Both the position numbers and the translations under genes were made by a program. DNA of 58,712 nt from a virus (Duplodnaviria > Caudoviricetes): the IMG/VR virus record IMGVR_UViG_3300014962_000008, positions 1-58,712 of that record. One strand, 5' to 3'. Shown one piece after another: positions 1 to 9,543 of the stretch; the first letter of the stretch is position 1; every line of letters begins with the position of its first letter. The notes under the pieces are model-generated. The model worked only from the letters and a program-made list of their open reading frames with translations. It searched no databases and had not been told where the DNA came from.

Positions 1-294
1 GCTGTTGTCGAAGCGGTTGGCAACAAGGTTAATCGCGGAATTGAGCGATGCCGCGTAAAACGTGTTGCTGTTGTCGAAGCGGTTGGCAACGAGATTGATC
101 GCGGAATTAAGCGATGCCGCGTAGAACGTATTGGTGTTGTCAAAGCGGGCAGGCGCAAGGACAACCGGCCCCGCAGAGATGCTCGCGGCGTAGAAAGTAT
201 TGGTATTGTCAAAGCGGGTAGCCTGAACGAGTTCGTTCGGGAACGGCCCCAGCGAGGCGAAGGGCGCTTCAGCGAATGCGGTTATGCCAAACAC
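1..294 (-). CDS. 5' part of a repeat-rich virion protein (runs off the left edge; continues at the right end of the window)
   Basis: Read manually. GTG start at 294 gives MFGITAFAEAPFASLGPFPNELVQATRFDNTNTFYAAS..., then 22-aa repeats (66-nt period; gctgttgtcgaagc at 1 and 67). Open to position 1. Confidence 0.85.
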   Translation of the reverse strand, partial: MFGITAFAEAPFASLGPFPNELVQATRFDNTNTFYAASISAGPVVLAPARFDNTNTFYAASLNSAINLVANRFDNSNTFYAASLNSAINLVANRFDNS

Positions 295-343
295 GGTGCG
301 CTACCTTCCCGCAGGGGGGCTGTCTACCCCGTCATAGAAAAAC

Positions 344-673
344 TTACTCGGCCCACGGGAGGGGCGGCGTTACGACAGGCGGGTTGATCTGGTCAGCAAT
401 CTGCTGCGCCACATTGGCCTCATAGGCCGCAACCTGCTCCTCGCCCAGCGCACCCTTAACCCAGCCAACAACTTGCTCTTCGGTCAGATCGGCGTAGGGG
501 GTAAACGAAGCTTCCGGATCAAGGGTTAGGCCAACTGAGCCGTATACGCTGCCAGCGTATTCGCCGTCCGTGCCGTTCATGATCCAGTGCGCGGTGAAGA
601 CCACATCGGTTTCGCCTTCATACTCAGGGTAGCAGTTAAGCTGCGAGATGATCCAGTTGTAAGTCACGCTCAT
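344..673 (-). CDS. Conserved phage tail-associated hypothetical protein
   Basis: 109-aa ORF tightly packed in the fibre operon; FTPYADLTEEQVVGWV...PLPW pattern typical of small fibre-associated proteins. Confidence 0.75.
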   Translation of the reverse strand: MSVTYNWIISQLNCYPEYEGETDVVFTAHWIMNGTDGEYAGSVYGSVGLTLDPEASFTPYADLTEEQVVGWVKGALGEEQVAAYEANVAQQIADQINPPVVTPPLPWAE

Positions 674-676
674 GTC

Positions 677-1129
677 TTAGGCTCCCGGCGCCGTAGGCCA
701 CGTAATGTTGAAGGGATCGGGCTGCGCCGTAATGTCGCGCAGGCTTTGGCGATAAGTCGCCCACTGCTGCGTCTCGACGTTCGACAGCGGCGCGTCTGGG
801 AGCTGTGTCCAATCGCAAGCGGCCAGCTTGGCGTTGCGCTGGTTGCGGACACTTGACCATTGGTTGTCGGTGCGCTGCGCCACTTCTTCCGCGCTGGCGT
901 CGGTGACTACCCAATTCTGCACCCACTTTCCAGCGGATTGCACCGGATCGCCTTCGACGACATTTTTGGTGTAATCAACGGTGGGGAGCGGGACGCCTTC
1001 AACGGCTGCGTAGCCTTCGGGCGGCGAGAACGGCGTTGGGAAGCTGACGTTGTTGTAACGCAGCCGAATGTCGCCCTCGTACACGGGGTATTCGACAACG
1101 GCGTTATCTTCAATGCGAGCGTAAGTCAT
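677..1129 (-). CDS. Tail fibre assembly chaperone-like protein
   Basis: C-terminal VRNQRNAKLAACDWTQLPDAP...WATYRQSLRDIT...ITWP motif of phage tail assembly chaperones; lies directly after the fibre genes. Confidence 0.85.
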   Translation of the reverse strand: MTYARIEDNAVVEYPVYEGDIRLRYNNVSFPTPFSPPEGYAAVEGVPLPTVDYTKNVVEGDPVQSAGKWVQNWVVTDASAEEVAQRTDNQWSSVRNQRNAKLAACDWTQLPDAPLSNVETQQWATYRQSLRDITAQPDPFNITWPTAPGA

Positions 1130-2400
1130 ATCGTGGTCACCGTTGATGTTAGGGTTGTGGCCGCATCAGTCAGAGTGGAGGCGGCGTCGGTCAGGCTCGA
1201 GGTAGCGCCGGTCAAAGAGGACGCTGCATCTGTCTGAGAGGACGCCGCATCTGTCAAGCTCGAGGCGGCATAGGTGAAACTGTACGAGCCGACTGTGTAG
1301 GTGCCGGTAAGCGACCCGTCGCCGGGGAGTTTTGCGAAGAGGAAGTCATAGTTTCCGCTGACATTAGAGTATCCGCATACATAGACGTTAGCGGTGCTGT
1401 CTACGGCTATGCCGTATGCTTGATCGTCGCCGCTGCTACTCAAGCTCCGCTGCCATTGAATTGTGCCGGAGGTATTGTACTTAGCAAGTTGGATGTCAAA
1501 CGTTCCGTTAGCGACGCCACATACGTAAACATTCCCGCTGCTGTCTACAGCGATGCCGAACGCCTGATCGGTAGAACTACCGCCCAGCGTCCGTTGCCAC
1601 TGGATTGCGCCGGAAGTGTCATATTTAGCAAGCTGGAAATCAAACGTACCGCTGGCGGTAGACCAGCCGCATACGTAGACGTTGCTGCTACTATCTACCG
1701 CAACAGACTGGCCGCTAGTGCTGCCGCTGCCGCCCAAGCTCCGCTGCCACTGAAGCGTGCCAGAAGTGTTGTACTTGATCACTTGTAATTTTGACGTAGT
1801 ACCATTGTCGGAAGCGCCGCATAGGTAGACGTTGCCTGAAGCATCTACGGCGATGCCACGGCCAACATTGCTAGTGCTATCCCCCAAGCTTCGCTGCCAT
1901 TGAATTGTGCCGGAGGTGTTGTACTTGGCAATCTGGAAGTCGTTTGTACCGCTGACATTAGAGTATCCGCAGACGTAGACGTTGCTGCTGCTATCTACAG
2001 CAATGCTATAGCCTATCTCGCTGCTGCCACTGTCAAGGGTCCGCTGCCACTGGATTGTGCCTGAAGTGTTGTACTTAGCGAGTTGAATATCCGTCGTACC
2101 GCTGGCGGCGGAAGATCCGCAGACGTAGACGTTGCTGCTGCTGTCTACAGCGATGCCGAACGCCTGATCAGTAGAACTGCTGCCCAGTCTCCGCTGCCAC
2201 TGAATGGTGCCGGAGCTGTTGTACTTAGCAAGCTGAATATCGTTCGTACCGCTGACGACAGACCGCCCGCACATATAGACATTTCCGCTGCTATCTACAG
2301 CAACGCCGTAGCCGAGATCATCAGTACTGCCGCCGAGCAAGCCGATCCAGCCAAGGCCGGTTACATTACTGCCCGCTGATAGGAACATCCGATCCAGCAT
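1126..2400 (-). CDS. Beta-propeller repeat protein (SBBP-like), probable receptor-binding tip
   Basis: Seven near-identical repeats GIAVDSSxNVYVCG...LAKYNTSGTIQWQR. Confidence 0.8.
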   Translation of the reverse strand: MLDRMFLSAGSNVTGLGWIGLLGGSTDDLGYGVAVDSSGNVYMCGRSVVSGTNDIQLAKYNSSGTIQWQRRLGSSSTDQAFGIAVDSSSNVYVCGSSAASGTTDIQLAKYNTSGTIQWQRTLDSGSSEIGYSIAVDSSSNVYVCGYSNVSGTNDFQIAKYNTSGTIQWQRSLGDSTSNVGRGIAVDASGNVYLCGASDNGTTSKLQVIKYNTSGTLQWQRSLGGSGSTSGQSVAVDSSSNVYVCGWSTASGTFDFQLAKYDTSGAIQWQRTLGGSSTDQAFGIAVDSSGNVYVCGVANGTFDIQLAKYNTSGTIQWQRSLSSSGDDQAYGIAVDSTANVYVCGYSNVSGNYDFLFAKLPGDGSLTGTYTVGSYSFTYAASSLTDAASSQTDAASSLTGATSSLTDAASTLTDAATTLTSTVTTI

Positions 2401-3962
2401 TATTTGCTGTCCTTCATAAGCTGGACACCGCGCCAGATCGTGCCGCCATCGTCAGTAATAAAGCCGAGAACATCTACACCGCTTGTCGTTAGCGTTGGTG
2501 CCGTTCCACCGGGCCAATCAACTGATGCAGGCCACGTTTGCGTTCCTGTTCCGCCGTTGGTCAATTCCAGCAGGAAGCTATAGGCACGGGTCGCTGGAGC
2601 ATTGGTAAATGTCCAAGTCAGTGCGCCTGTAGCGGTCTTGGTGAAGTAGTTCCCAGCAGAACAATCAACAGCAGAGGCTGCAACCGCAGTGACATTGCCG
2701 CGCACAGAACCGAGAAGGTCTGCGGTTGCGGTTGTAACGGTTCCGGTAAAGGTCGGAGAGGCCGACAGGACGTTATTACCAGTTCCGGTAGAGGTGGTTA
2801 CACCCGTGCCGCCGTTCGCCACTGCCAAGGTGCCGGAAACATGGGTCGTAAGACCGATTTTACCCCAAGATGGAGCCGTTCCAGTACCACCGGAGATCAG
2901 AGCATTTCCGGTTGCTACACCAGCCAGCTTTGACAGCGCGCTGGTTGTAGAAGCGTAGAGGATGTCGCCGACTGTGTAAGATGACTGGCCCGTGCCGCCG
3001 TTTGCGGCGGGGAGCGTTCCGCTAACTTGAGTGGTCAGGCTCACGCCGGACAGCGTGCCGCCGAGTGTCAGCGAGCCGGACGAGGTGACGGTGCCAGTCA
3101 GGGTGATGCCGTTGACGCTGCCGGTGCCTGAGACACTAGTAACCGTGCCGCCGCCGGAACCAGCGCCGATAGCCGTGCGGAAGCTGGCTGCGTCCAGCGC
3201 GCTGACGGTGTTGTCTGCATTAATCTGCAAGAACGTGATGGCGCTGGGGTTGGTCAGCGTGAAGACGTTCGCGCCGACCGTGGTTGCGCCGAGGTTGGTG
3301 CGGGCCGCCGCTGCGCTTGTCGCGCCAGTGCCGCCGTTGGCCACGGCCACAGTGCCCGTGACGTTGGCCGCGTTGCCGGAGATATTGCCGCTAATGTCTG
3401 AGCCCGGAATTGTAGCGCTGGCCGTAAATGCTGAAGTACCGCTGCCCTTGACATATCCGGTCAGGGTAGTTGCGCCAGTGCCGCCATTGGCCACGGCCAC
3501 AGTGCCCGTGACGTTGGCCGCGTTGCCGGAGATATTGCCGCTAATGTCTGAGCCGGGGATGGTGGCGCTGGCCGTGAAGGCCGAGGTGCCGCTGCCCTTG
3601 ACGTAGCCCGTCAGCGTGGTTGCGCCCGTGCCGCCGTTGGCGACCGGCAGGGTGCCGGTGACCTGCGTGGTCAGGCTAACGCCAGACAGGGTGCCGCCGA
3701 GCGTCAGCGATCCGGACGACGTGACGGTGCCGGTGAGCGTAATGCCATTGACCGTGCCGGTGCCGCCAACGCTGGTGACGCTGCCGCTTGCGCCCGCGCT
3801 CGAGGCAAGGAGCTTGACGCTGCCGCCAGCGTTCTTGAAGTACAGCTTCTCATCAGTCAGGTTGATCGCCAGCTCGCCATCAGCGAGATTGACGGCAGAA
3901 GGCGTCGCAGCCGCCGTAGTGGTGCGATATAGCTGGATCGGCGTGTAGTTTGTAGCCGCCAT
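2400..3962 (-). CDS. Tail fibre protein with Gly/Thr-rich repeats
   Basis: N-terminal LADGELAIN motif, many VANGGTG repeats, C-terminal WPASVDWPGGTAPTLT..GVDVLGF domain. Confidence 0.85.
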   Translation of the reverse strand: MAATNYTPIQLYRTTTAAATPSAVNLADGELAINLTDEKLYFKNAGGSVKLLASSAGASGSVTSVGGTGTVNGITLTGTVTSSGSLTLGGTLSGVSLTTQVTGTLPVANGGTGATTLTGYVKGSGTSAFTASATIPGSDISGNISGNAANVTGTVAVANGGTGATTLTGYVKGSGTSAFTASATIPGSDISGNISGNAANVTGTVAVANGGTGATSAAAARTNLGATTVGANVFTLTNPSAITFLQINADNTVSALDAASFRTAIGAGSGGGTVTSVSGTGSVNGITLTGTVTSSGSLTLGGTLSGVSLTTQVSGTLPAANGGTGQSSYTVGDILYASTTSALSKLAGVATGNALISGGTGTAPSWGKIGLTTHVSGTLAVANGGTGVTTSTGTGNNVLSASPTFTGTVTTATADLLGSVRGNVTAVAASAVDCSAGNYFTKTATGALTWTFTNAPATRAYSFLLELTNGGTGTQTWPASVDWPGGTAPTLTTSGVDVLGFITDDGGTIWRGVQLMKDSK

Positions 3963-6337
3963 TAGAAAGTACCTCCGTCGATCCCGCCAAACGACGGGGC
4001 AGATGATCCGTTAGATAGCAGAACTTGACCTGCAGTTCCAGCAGTCGTGAAAGCGTATGCTGTACCAGTGCCGTAAGCCACAGTGCCCGCCGTGGGAGTG
4101 GCGGTGCCGTTAGTACCGCCGTTGGCAACGGGCAATGTGCCAGACACGTGTGTGGTAAGCCCGACTTTGCCCCAAGCCGGAGCAACCCCAACACCCCCGG
4201 ACAACAGCGCGTTGCCTGTGGCCACATCAGCCAGTTTTGACAGCGCAGTCGTTGTTGAGGCGTAAAGAATATCGCCTACGGTGTACGACGACTGTCCCGT
4301 GCCGCCGTTAGCTGCAGCCACGACGCCAGTAACATTAGCTGCGTTACCAGAAATGTTACCGGAAACATCGGAGCCGGGAATAGTGGCGCTGGCTGTAAAA
4401 GCCGAAGTGCCATTGCCCTTGACGTAGCCCGTCAATGTAGTTGCGCCCGAGCCACCGTTTGCCACAGGCAGCGTTCCGGTAACTTGGGTAGTAAGGCTGA
4501 CACCGCTAAGCGTGCCTCCAAGCGTCAGAGACCCTGTCGAAGTGACAGTACCCGTCAAAGTGATCCCATTGACGCTGCCAGTGCCGCTCACCGAGGTGAC
4601 CCCGGCGTTAGCAATTGAGATAGAGCCGTTGCCGTTGGTGATTGAAATCCCGGCACCAGCGGTCAACGTAGCCTTGGTCAGCGTGTTCCCAACACTATTG
4701 CCAATCAAAAGCTGGCCGTCGAGGTAGGATGTCTGCCCCGTGCCGCCGTTGGCGACAGGCAGGGTGCCAGTGACCTGCGTCGTCAAGCTGACGCCGCTCA
4801 GCGTGCCGCCCAGCGTCAGGGAGCCGCTGGTGGTAACCGTACCGCTCAGCGTGATGCCGTTGACACTGCCCGTGCCGGACACGCTGGTTACGGTGCCGAC
4901 GAACTGGTCGGCGCTGGACAGCGTGAAGTTGGGGTACGTCCCCGTAATTGTCATGTTCGACCCGGCGGTCAGCGTGACCGTCTGGTCCGGAGCCGTGTTG
5001 GTGACCGTGATCGAGCCAGCACCATTGGTAACCGAGATACCAGCGCCAGCCGTTAGCGTTGCCTTCGTCAGCGTGTTGCCGGTCGTATTACCGATCAGGA
5101 GCTGCCCGTTAGTGAAGCTGGTCTGCCCAGTGCCGCCTGCCGTCACCGGCAACGTGCCTGTGGTCAGGGCGCTGGTTGACGTGGCGTAGACGGCCCCGCC
5201 GCTGGTGTAGCTTGTCAGCCCTGTGCCGCCCAGCGACGTTGCCACAGGCGATGTTAGGCTGAACTGCGTGCCGGTCAGGGTCAGGCCAGTGCCTGCGCTG
5301 TAGACCTGCGCCGAGGACACCTGCGTAAAGGTGATGGCCGTGGTGCCAAAGTTGATCGTGCCTACGGTGTTGCACACGTAGGTCTCGCCAGCTCCGGTGT
5401 TGCCGCTGCTGATAAAGAACGCGTCGCCTTCGCCCAGAGCAGTCGGGCTTTTCACCCCGTAGCTGTTGGCGTCGGTAGCACGGGTCAGAACCCAAGCAAC
5501 GGAGCCACTGCCGACCGTTGTTACAGTGTAAACGCCGTTCTCAAACTGGTTGGTCTGATTGTAGACAAGAATGCGGTCGCCGACCTGCGCCACTACACCG
5601 TCCGGCGTGAACGCGCCGAGCGTACCTGCGTTGGTCAGGGTCGCGCCAACGCCGCCGGTACCGTTGTTGTAAGTAGCATTGAGGTTGCCGGTGGTGCCCG
5701 GCACCTCGTACTTGACCGCCGTATGGTACGTGATGCCAGAGGCCACCATCGTATCGACGTAAGTCTTGTTGGCCAGATCATTGCCGCTGCTCGGCGTTGT
5801 GCTGACCGTACCGGATGTCAGGGCCACCGAGGTCAGGGTCGGCGTCATGCTCCAACTCGGCGCGCCCCCGCTTGCCGTCAGAACGCCGGTGCCAGTGTTC
5901 AGGAAGGTCGTGGCACCTGCGCCTGTCTGGTACGGGATGGCGTTGGCCGTACCGCCCGACAGGTTGGTGGCGCTGGCCGCACTGCCAGTGATGTTGATAT
6001 TGACGTTGCCGGACGCGTCGTAGTTGACCGACTTGGCCGCCGTGTAAGTGACAAACACGTCCTTGTCGCCAGCCGAAAAGTTGACCAGCGCGTTGGCGTT
6101 GCTCGAAGCCAGCACGACATCGCGCGACAGGCTGGTGCCCGCCGCCGTGTACGTGCCGATGCCCACTTCCCACTCGGACGTGCCTACGCCCGCAATCGTG
6201 TAGTAGGTCGTGTTGCCGTTGCCAACACCGGCCCCGAAAGTGCGGAAACCAATCGGCGCAGTGCCGCTCAGAGTTACCGCTCCGGTGCCCGTAGTGGCCG
6301 TCGTGTCCTTTACGCGATCAGCGAGAACGAGCGCCAT
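3962..6337 (-). CDS. Tail fibre / virion structural protein
   Basis: MALVLADRVKDT..WEVGIGTY N-terminus, GDRILV.NQT..ENGVY domain, VANGGTG repeats. Confidence 0.85.
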   Translation of the reverse strand: MALVLADRVKDTTATTGTGAVTLSGTAPIGFRTFGAGVGNGNTTYYTIAGVGTSEWEVGIGTYTAAGTSLSRDVVLASSNANALVNFSAGDKDVFVTYTAAKSVNYDASGNVNINITGSAASATNLSGGTANAIPYQTGAGATTFLNTGTGVLTASGGAPSWSMTPTLTSVALTSGTVSTTPSSGNDLANKTYVDTMVASGITYHTAVKYEVPGTTGNLNATYNNGTGGVGATLTNAGTLGAFTPDGVVAQVGDRILVYNQTNQFENGVYTVTTVGSGSVAWVLTRATDANSYGVKSPTALGEGDAFFISSGNTGAGETYVCNTVGTINFGTTAITFTQVSSAQVYSAGTGLTLTGTQFSLTSPVATSLGGTGLTSYTSGGAVYATSTSALTTGTLPVTAGGTGQTSFTNGQLLIGNTTGNTLTKATLTAGAGISVTNGAGSITVTNTAPDQTVTLTAGSNMTITGTYPNFTLSSADQFVGTVTSVSGTGSVNGITLSGTVTTSGSLTLGGTLSGVSLTTQVTGTLPVANGGTGQTSYLDGQLLIGNSVGNTLTKATLTAGAGISITNGNGSISIANAGVTSVSGTGSVNGITLTGTVTSTGSLTLGGTLSGVSLTTQVTGTLPVANGGSGATTLTGYVKGNGTSAFTASATIPGSDVSGNISGNAANVTGVVAAANGGTGQSSYTVGDILYASTTTALSKLADVATGNALLSGGVGVAPAWGKVGLTTHVSGTLPVANGGTNGTATPTAGTVAYGTGTAYAFTTAGTAGQVLLSNGSSAPSFGGIDGGTF

Positions 6338-6358
6338 TATCAGCCCCTAACGTGTCAA

Positions 6359-6760
6359 TTACAGCGCGAAGATGCCCGTAGCATTCCACGTGATAGAGAT
6401 GTCACCGCCGTTCGGTGTCACCGGCAGATTGGTCACGCCCGTGTCGATGAAGGCCACCAGCGGCGAAGTCGCCGCGTTGCCCGTGTCGATGAAGATCACA
6501 AGGCTCACCACCTGCGACCCCGTAACCGCCGTAAACGTCACGTCGGCAGCGTCGAACACGCCGTTGGTGAAAGTCTTGCTGCCCAGCGTCTGCGGCGTGC
6601 CGACAACAGACGCGCTGACGCTGCTGTAATACTGGTTGGCAGCCGAATAGGTGTAACCGGCAGTGACGAGGGCAACCTTAACGGTCTGGCCGTCGAGGTC
6701 GTTATTAGCAGTGAACTCGAGGAGAGCCTGCTTCCACTTGGGATAAAGGGCGTTGGCCAT
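6359..6760 (-). CDS. Virion structural protein (hypothetical)
   Basis: 133-aa beta-rich ORF with good RBS (AGGAG), in the late operon. Confidence 0.75.
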   Translation of the reverse strand: MANALYPKWKQALLEFTANNDLDGQTVKVALVTAGYTYSAANQYYSSVSASVVGTPQTLGSKTFTNGVFDAADVTFTAVTGSQVVSLVIFIDTGNAATSPLVAFIDTGVTNLPVTPNGGDISITWNATGIFAL

Positions 6761-6774
6761 AGTCTAAACTCCTG

Positions 6775-7410
6775 TTAGCGCTTCTTGCCGTGAGGCATGG
6801 TGGACAGGCCGCCGTGTTTGAGGCCCAGAGCGCCGCGCAGACGGTCAACCAGCGGCTTGGCGCTAAAGCCTGCCCCTGCCGGACCACGGCGTGCGGCCTC
6901 CATTTCGGCCTTGCTGACCGGACGCGAGAGGCGACGGTCCAGTGCGGTGCGCGGCATGTCTTCGGCGACAGTGGTGCGCTCAACGGTGACCATGCGCGGC
7001 TTGGCCTTCGGGCCGTCCTTGGGCATCTTCTCGTATGGATCAGCCCGGCCCGACTTGCGCAGGATGCGCTCAGGTGTATTCAGCTCATCCATGGTCATGC
7101 GGCGGCCCTTCTTGTCCACCGGACGGGTTGAGATGCCTTCTGGCCCCATGCCCATCGGCGTGCCTTCAGCGCGCTTGACCGGGATTTTGGCACCGGCCTT
7201 GCGCGCCTCGCTCAGGGCAATCGCCACGGCCTGCTTGGGGTTGGTTACTTCGGGGCCCTTCTTGCTACCGCTGTGCAGCGTTCCCGACTTGAACTCGCCC
7301 ATGACCTTGGAAATCTTGGCCGCGCCCTTGACCTTGCCGCCCTTGGCATAGCCCTCGCACGATCCACCCTTCATGTAGTGGGTCTTGGTGCTGTTTTTGA
7401 ACCCGTCCAT
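6775..7410 (-). CDS. Basic hypothetical protein with xxKGG motifs
   Basis: 211 aa; YMKGG, YAKGG, LKHGG; internal KVMGEFKSGTLHSG...KQAVAIALSEAR domain. Confidence 0.75.
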   Translation of the reverse strand: MDGFKNSTKTHYMKGGSCEGYAKGGKVKGAAKISKVMGEFKSGTLHSGSKKGPEVTNPKQAVAIALSEARKAGAKIPVKRAEGTPMGMGPEGISTRPVDKKGRRMTMDELNTPERILRKSGRADPYEKMPKDGPKAKPRMVTVERTTVAEDMPRTALDRRLSRPVSKAEMEAARRGPAGAGFSAKPLVDRLRGALGLKHGGLSTMPHGKKR

Positions 7411-7411
7411 G

Positions 7412-8515
7412 TCACTTACCTTTCTTGCGCGCCGCGAAGGCGTTGTCTACCAGATTTGGGTACGGACGACCAGCCGCCTTGGCGCGTCGCTTGGCAGCGG
7501 CCTTCTTCTTGACGCTAAGAACCTTGGGCTTGCCTTCCGGCCTTGGCTTGTCCCAGAAGGGCTTGGCGGCGAGGCCGCCCTTGGCGAAGCGCTCGCGGTT
7601 GGCGTCAATGAAGTCCGTCAGGGCCTTGCGGCTGGCCAGATTGGCGTTGAACAACTCGGCGCCGCGTGCCTCGTCATACTCTCCCGTGGAGCGCTTGTAG
7701 GCTGTGCTGGCCGCCTCGGCTGCCGCATTGGCTTCCTCTAGCTGCTTGCGCCGCGCCTGATATGCCGCGAATGCTTCGTCGCGCGCAGGCTGCATAGCCT
7801 TCGCGGTTGCCTCGTAGTAGCCCGGAGCCATGGTCGGCTTGTAACCGCCCTGCATGGCTGCGTACTTGCTGACGGTGTCCTTCATGCCCTGCAGATTGCG
7901 CTCCCACTGCGGGAGCAACTTGTTCTGCATGTTTTCGATGGTACTTGTAAGCGAGTTGCGCTGGACAGTGTATCGCGGATCGGTGCCGTATTCGGCAAGC
8001 TGCCGCTGATAGTCCGCCAGATGCTGGCGGCCTGACGCAAGATACTTCTCGTAAGCTTCTGCCTCTTCGGCAAAGCCCCGCTGGTCGGGGTTGCCATACA
8101 GGCTCAGGTAGCCTTGAGCCTGCGTTGGCGTGGCGCGGCCTTCCATGACATCGCGCTGGACTTGGAAGGGCGTCAGCTCACGGTAGGCGTTGAGGTAGTC
8201 CGTAGCCACGTTGCTGCGGCGCGAAGGATCTTGCGTGCCAAGGTTCTTGAGCAAAATCCACTCATTCATCTTCTGAGTGTCAAGAGCCTTCTGATACGCA
8301 GTCGGGTCCGGAGCGTAGGAGCCAAGCAAGGTGGGGAAGGGGGCCTGATTTCTACCCCTGCGCGCCGCGAACTGGGCAACGGACTGAAGCCAAGAGGGCA
8401 CCTTGGCCTTGTAATCTACCCAAGTGCCCTGCGGCTCAACTGGTGCCACACCTGCGGGCTGCTGGCCAACTGGGCCACCGGCCAACAAGGCTCCGAGGTT
8501 TAGAGGATCGGCCAT
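7412..8515 (-). CDS. Hypothetical late protein with a basic C-terminal domain
   Basis: Likely ATG at 8515 (MADPLNL), just after the upstream stop; ends FAKGG...AKAAGRPYPNLVDN. Confidence 0.75.
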   Translation of the reverse strand: MADPLNLGALLAGGPVGQQPAGVAPVEPQGTWVDYKAKVPSWLQSVAQFAARRGRNQAPFPTLLGSYAPDPTAYQKALDTQKMNEWILLKNLGTQDPSRRSNVATDYLNAYRELTPFQVQRDVMEGRATPTQAQGYLSLYGNPDQRGFAEEAEAYEKYLASGRQHLADYQRQLAEYGTDPRYTVQRNSLTSTIENMQNKLLPQWERNLQGMKDTVSKYAAMQGGYKPTMAPGYYEATAKAMQPARDEAFAAYQARRKQLEEANAAAEAASTAYKRSTGEYDEARGAELFNANLASRKALTDFIDANRERFAKGGLAAKPFWDKPRPEGKPKVLSVKKKAAAKRRAKAAGRPYPNLVDNAFAARKKGK

Positions 8516-8517
8516 TC

Positions 8518-8814
8518 TTAACAATCCCACTTCCGGAGCGACAACGCCTTGCGGGTTGGGCGCCCCTTGTCGTCTTTCATCGGTCCCGGCATGCCTGACA
8601 TCCGGGCGCAGAATGACTTGCGCCGGGCGGCTGCCTTGGGCGACTTCTTTGCCTGCTTGGCGCTGACCGGAGGCTTGATATCGTGCCCCTGCGCACGCAG
8701 AGAAGCACGGCCCTTGGCGTTGAGGCCGCCTTCAGGGTTTTGCCCCTCCTTGCGCGTCCACGCCCCGCCACCCTTGGCGAGGCGCTTCACGCTAAAGTCA
8801 GAGCAAGCAGACAT
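8518..8814 (-). CDS. Conserved basic phage protein
   Basis: AWTRKEGQNPEGGLNAKGRAS...RRKSFCARM...SLRKWDC, a pattern I recognise from aquatic phages. Confidence 0.8.
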   Translation of the reverse strand: MSACSDFSVKRLAKGGGAWTRKEGQNPEGGLNAKGRASLRAQGHDIKPPVSAKQAKKSPKAAARRKSFCARMSGMPGPMKDDKGRPTRKALSLRKWDC

Positions 8815-9467
8815 TACTGCGTTGACTGCTGGACAACCGTCACGCGGGCCGTGCCGCTACCGGCGGTAAAGTTGACCCGCACAGCGCGCATCAGCACGGT
8901 GGTGCTGTGCGTTTGGTCCGTGGTAGCGCTCGTGAAGGCGGCTGCCGGGTGGGCAACTGCAAGCTGCGTGATCGAGGTGTCGAAGGGGTCTTCGTTGGTG
9001 TACTCAACGCTGTACGTAATCGCGCCGTCCAGTTCATTGACGGAGATCGTCGTGACCTGATTGGGCACGTAGATGTCAAGCGGCCACCAATCACCCGTGC
9101 CGAAGCTCGGAGTGTCGGGGTTGCCGACTTCGACCGTCTCAACGGTGTACGTGACTGCGGTAGCAACCGAGATCGCCGTGATTGTCTTGAACAGCTTCAC
9201 CGTGCTGGTGGTGCTGTTGTTCGGGCCGACCACGTTTTCGCTCTGGGTGAGGCCACTGGCATCGGTGCCGAATACGGTGAAAGTTGTGTCGCTCAGGTCG
9301 CTGGAGCTGGTGAAGTCCACGGAGGTGGCTTCGGGGAAAGTGACAACACCGCCGGAAGCAAACGCGCCGCCGAGGGTCAGGTCAACGCCGTCAACGGGCG
9401 TTTCGGCAGTGACCGCGCTGTTCGGGTCAGCAGCCGCGTAGGAAATTGTCTTCTGGATAGGGCGCAT
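8814..9467 (-). CDS. Virion structural protein (hypothetical)
   Basis: 217-aa Thr/Ser/Val-rich ORF in the head operon, coupled to the next gene. Confidence 0.75.
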   Translation of the reverse strand: MRPIQKTISYAAADPNSAVTAETPVDGVDLTLGGAFASGGVVTFPEATSVDFTSSSDLSDTTFTVFGTDASGLTQSENVVGPNNSTTSTVKLFKTITAISVATAVTYTVETVEVGNPDTPSFGTGDWWPLDIYVPNQVTTISVNELDGAITYSVEYTNEDPFDTSITQLAVAHPAAAFTSATTDQTHSTTVLMRAVRVNFTAGSGTARVTVVQQSTQ

Positions 9468-9486
9468 CTGCCGATCCTTATGTAAA

Positions 9487-9532
9487 TAGGGGCGGGCCGC
9501 CCGGGAACCCCCAGACCAAAAGCCCGCCCCTT
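9487..9532 (-). terminator. GC-rich stem-loop, probable terminator or mRNA stabiliser
   Basis: Inverted repeat aggggcgggc / gcccgcccct between two late genes, followed on the minus strand by ATTTA. Confidence 0.55.
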
Positions 9533-9543
9533 ACTACCACGTC

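Noticed and set aside
1-220. 66-nt tandem repeats at the left end and 135-nt repeats at the right end as a CRISPR array
   Set aside because: There are no unique spacers, periods are multiples of 3, and differences largely preserve the encoded peptide, so these are coding repeats.
1126-6337. Diversity-generating retroelement or invertible fibre switch
   Set aside because: No reverse transcriptase or invertase was seen, and I saw no adenine-specific template/variable repeat pair.
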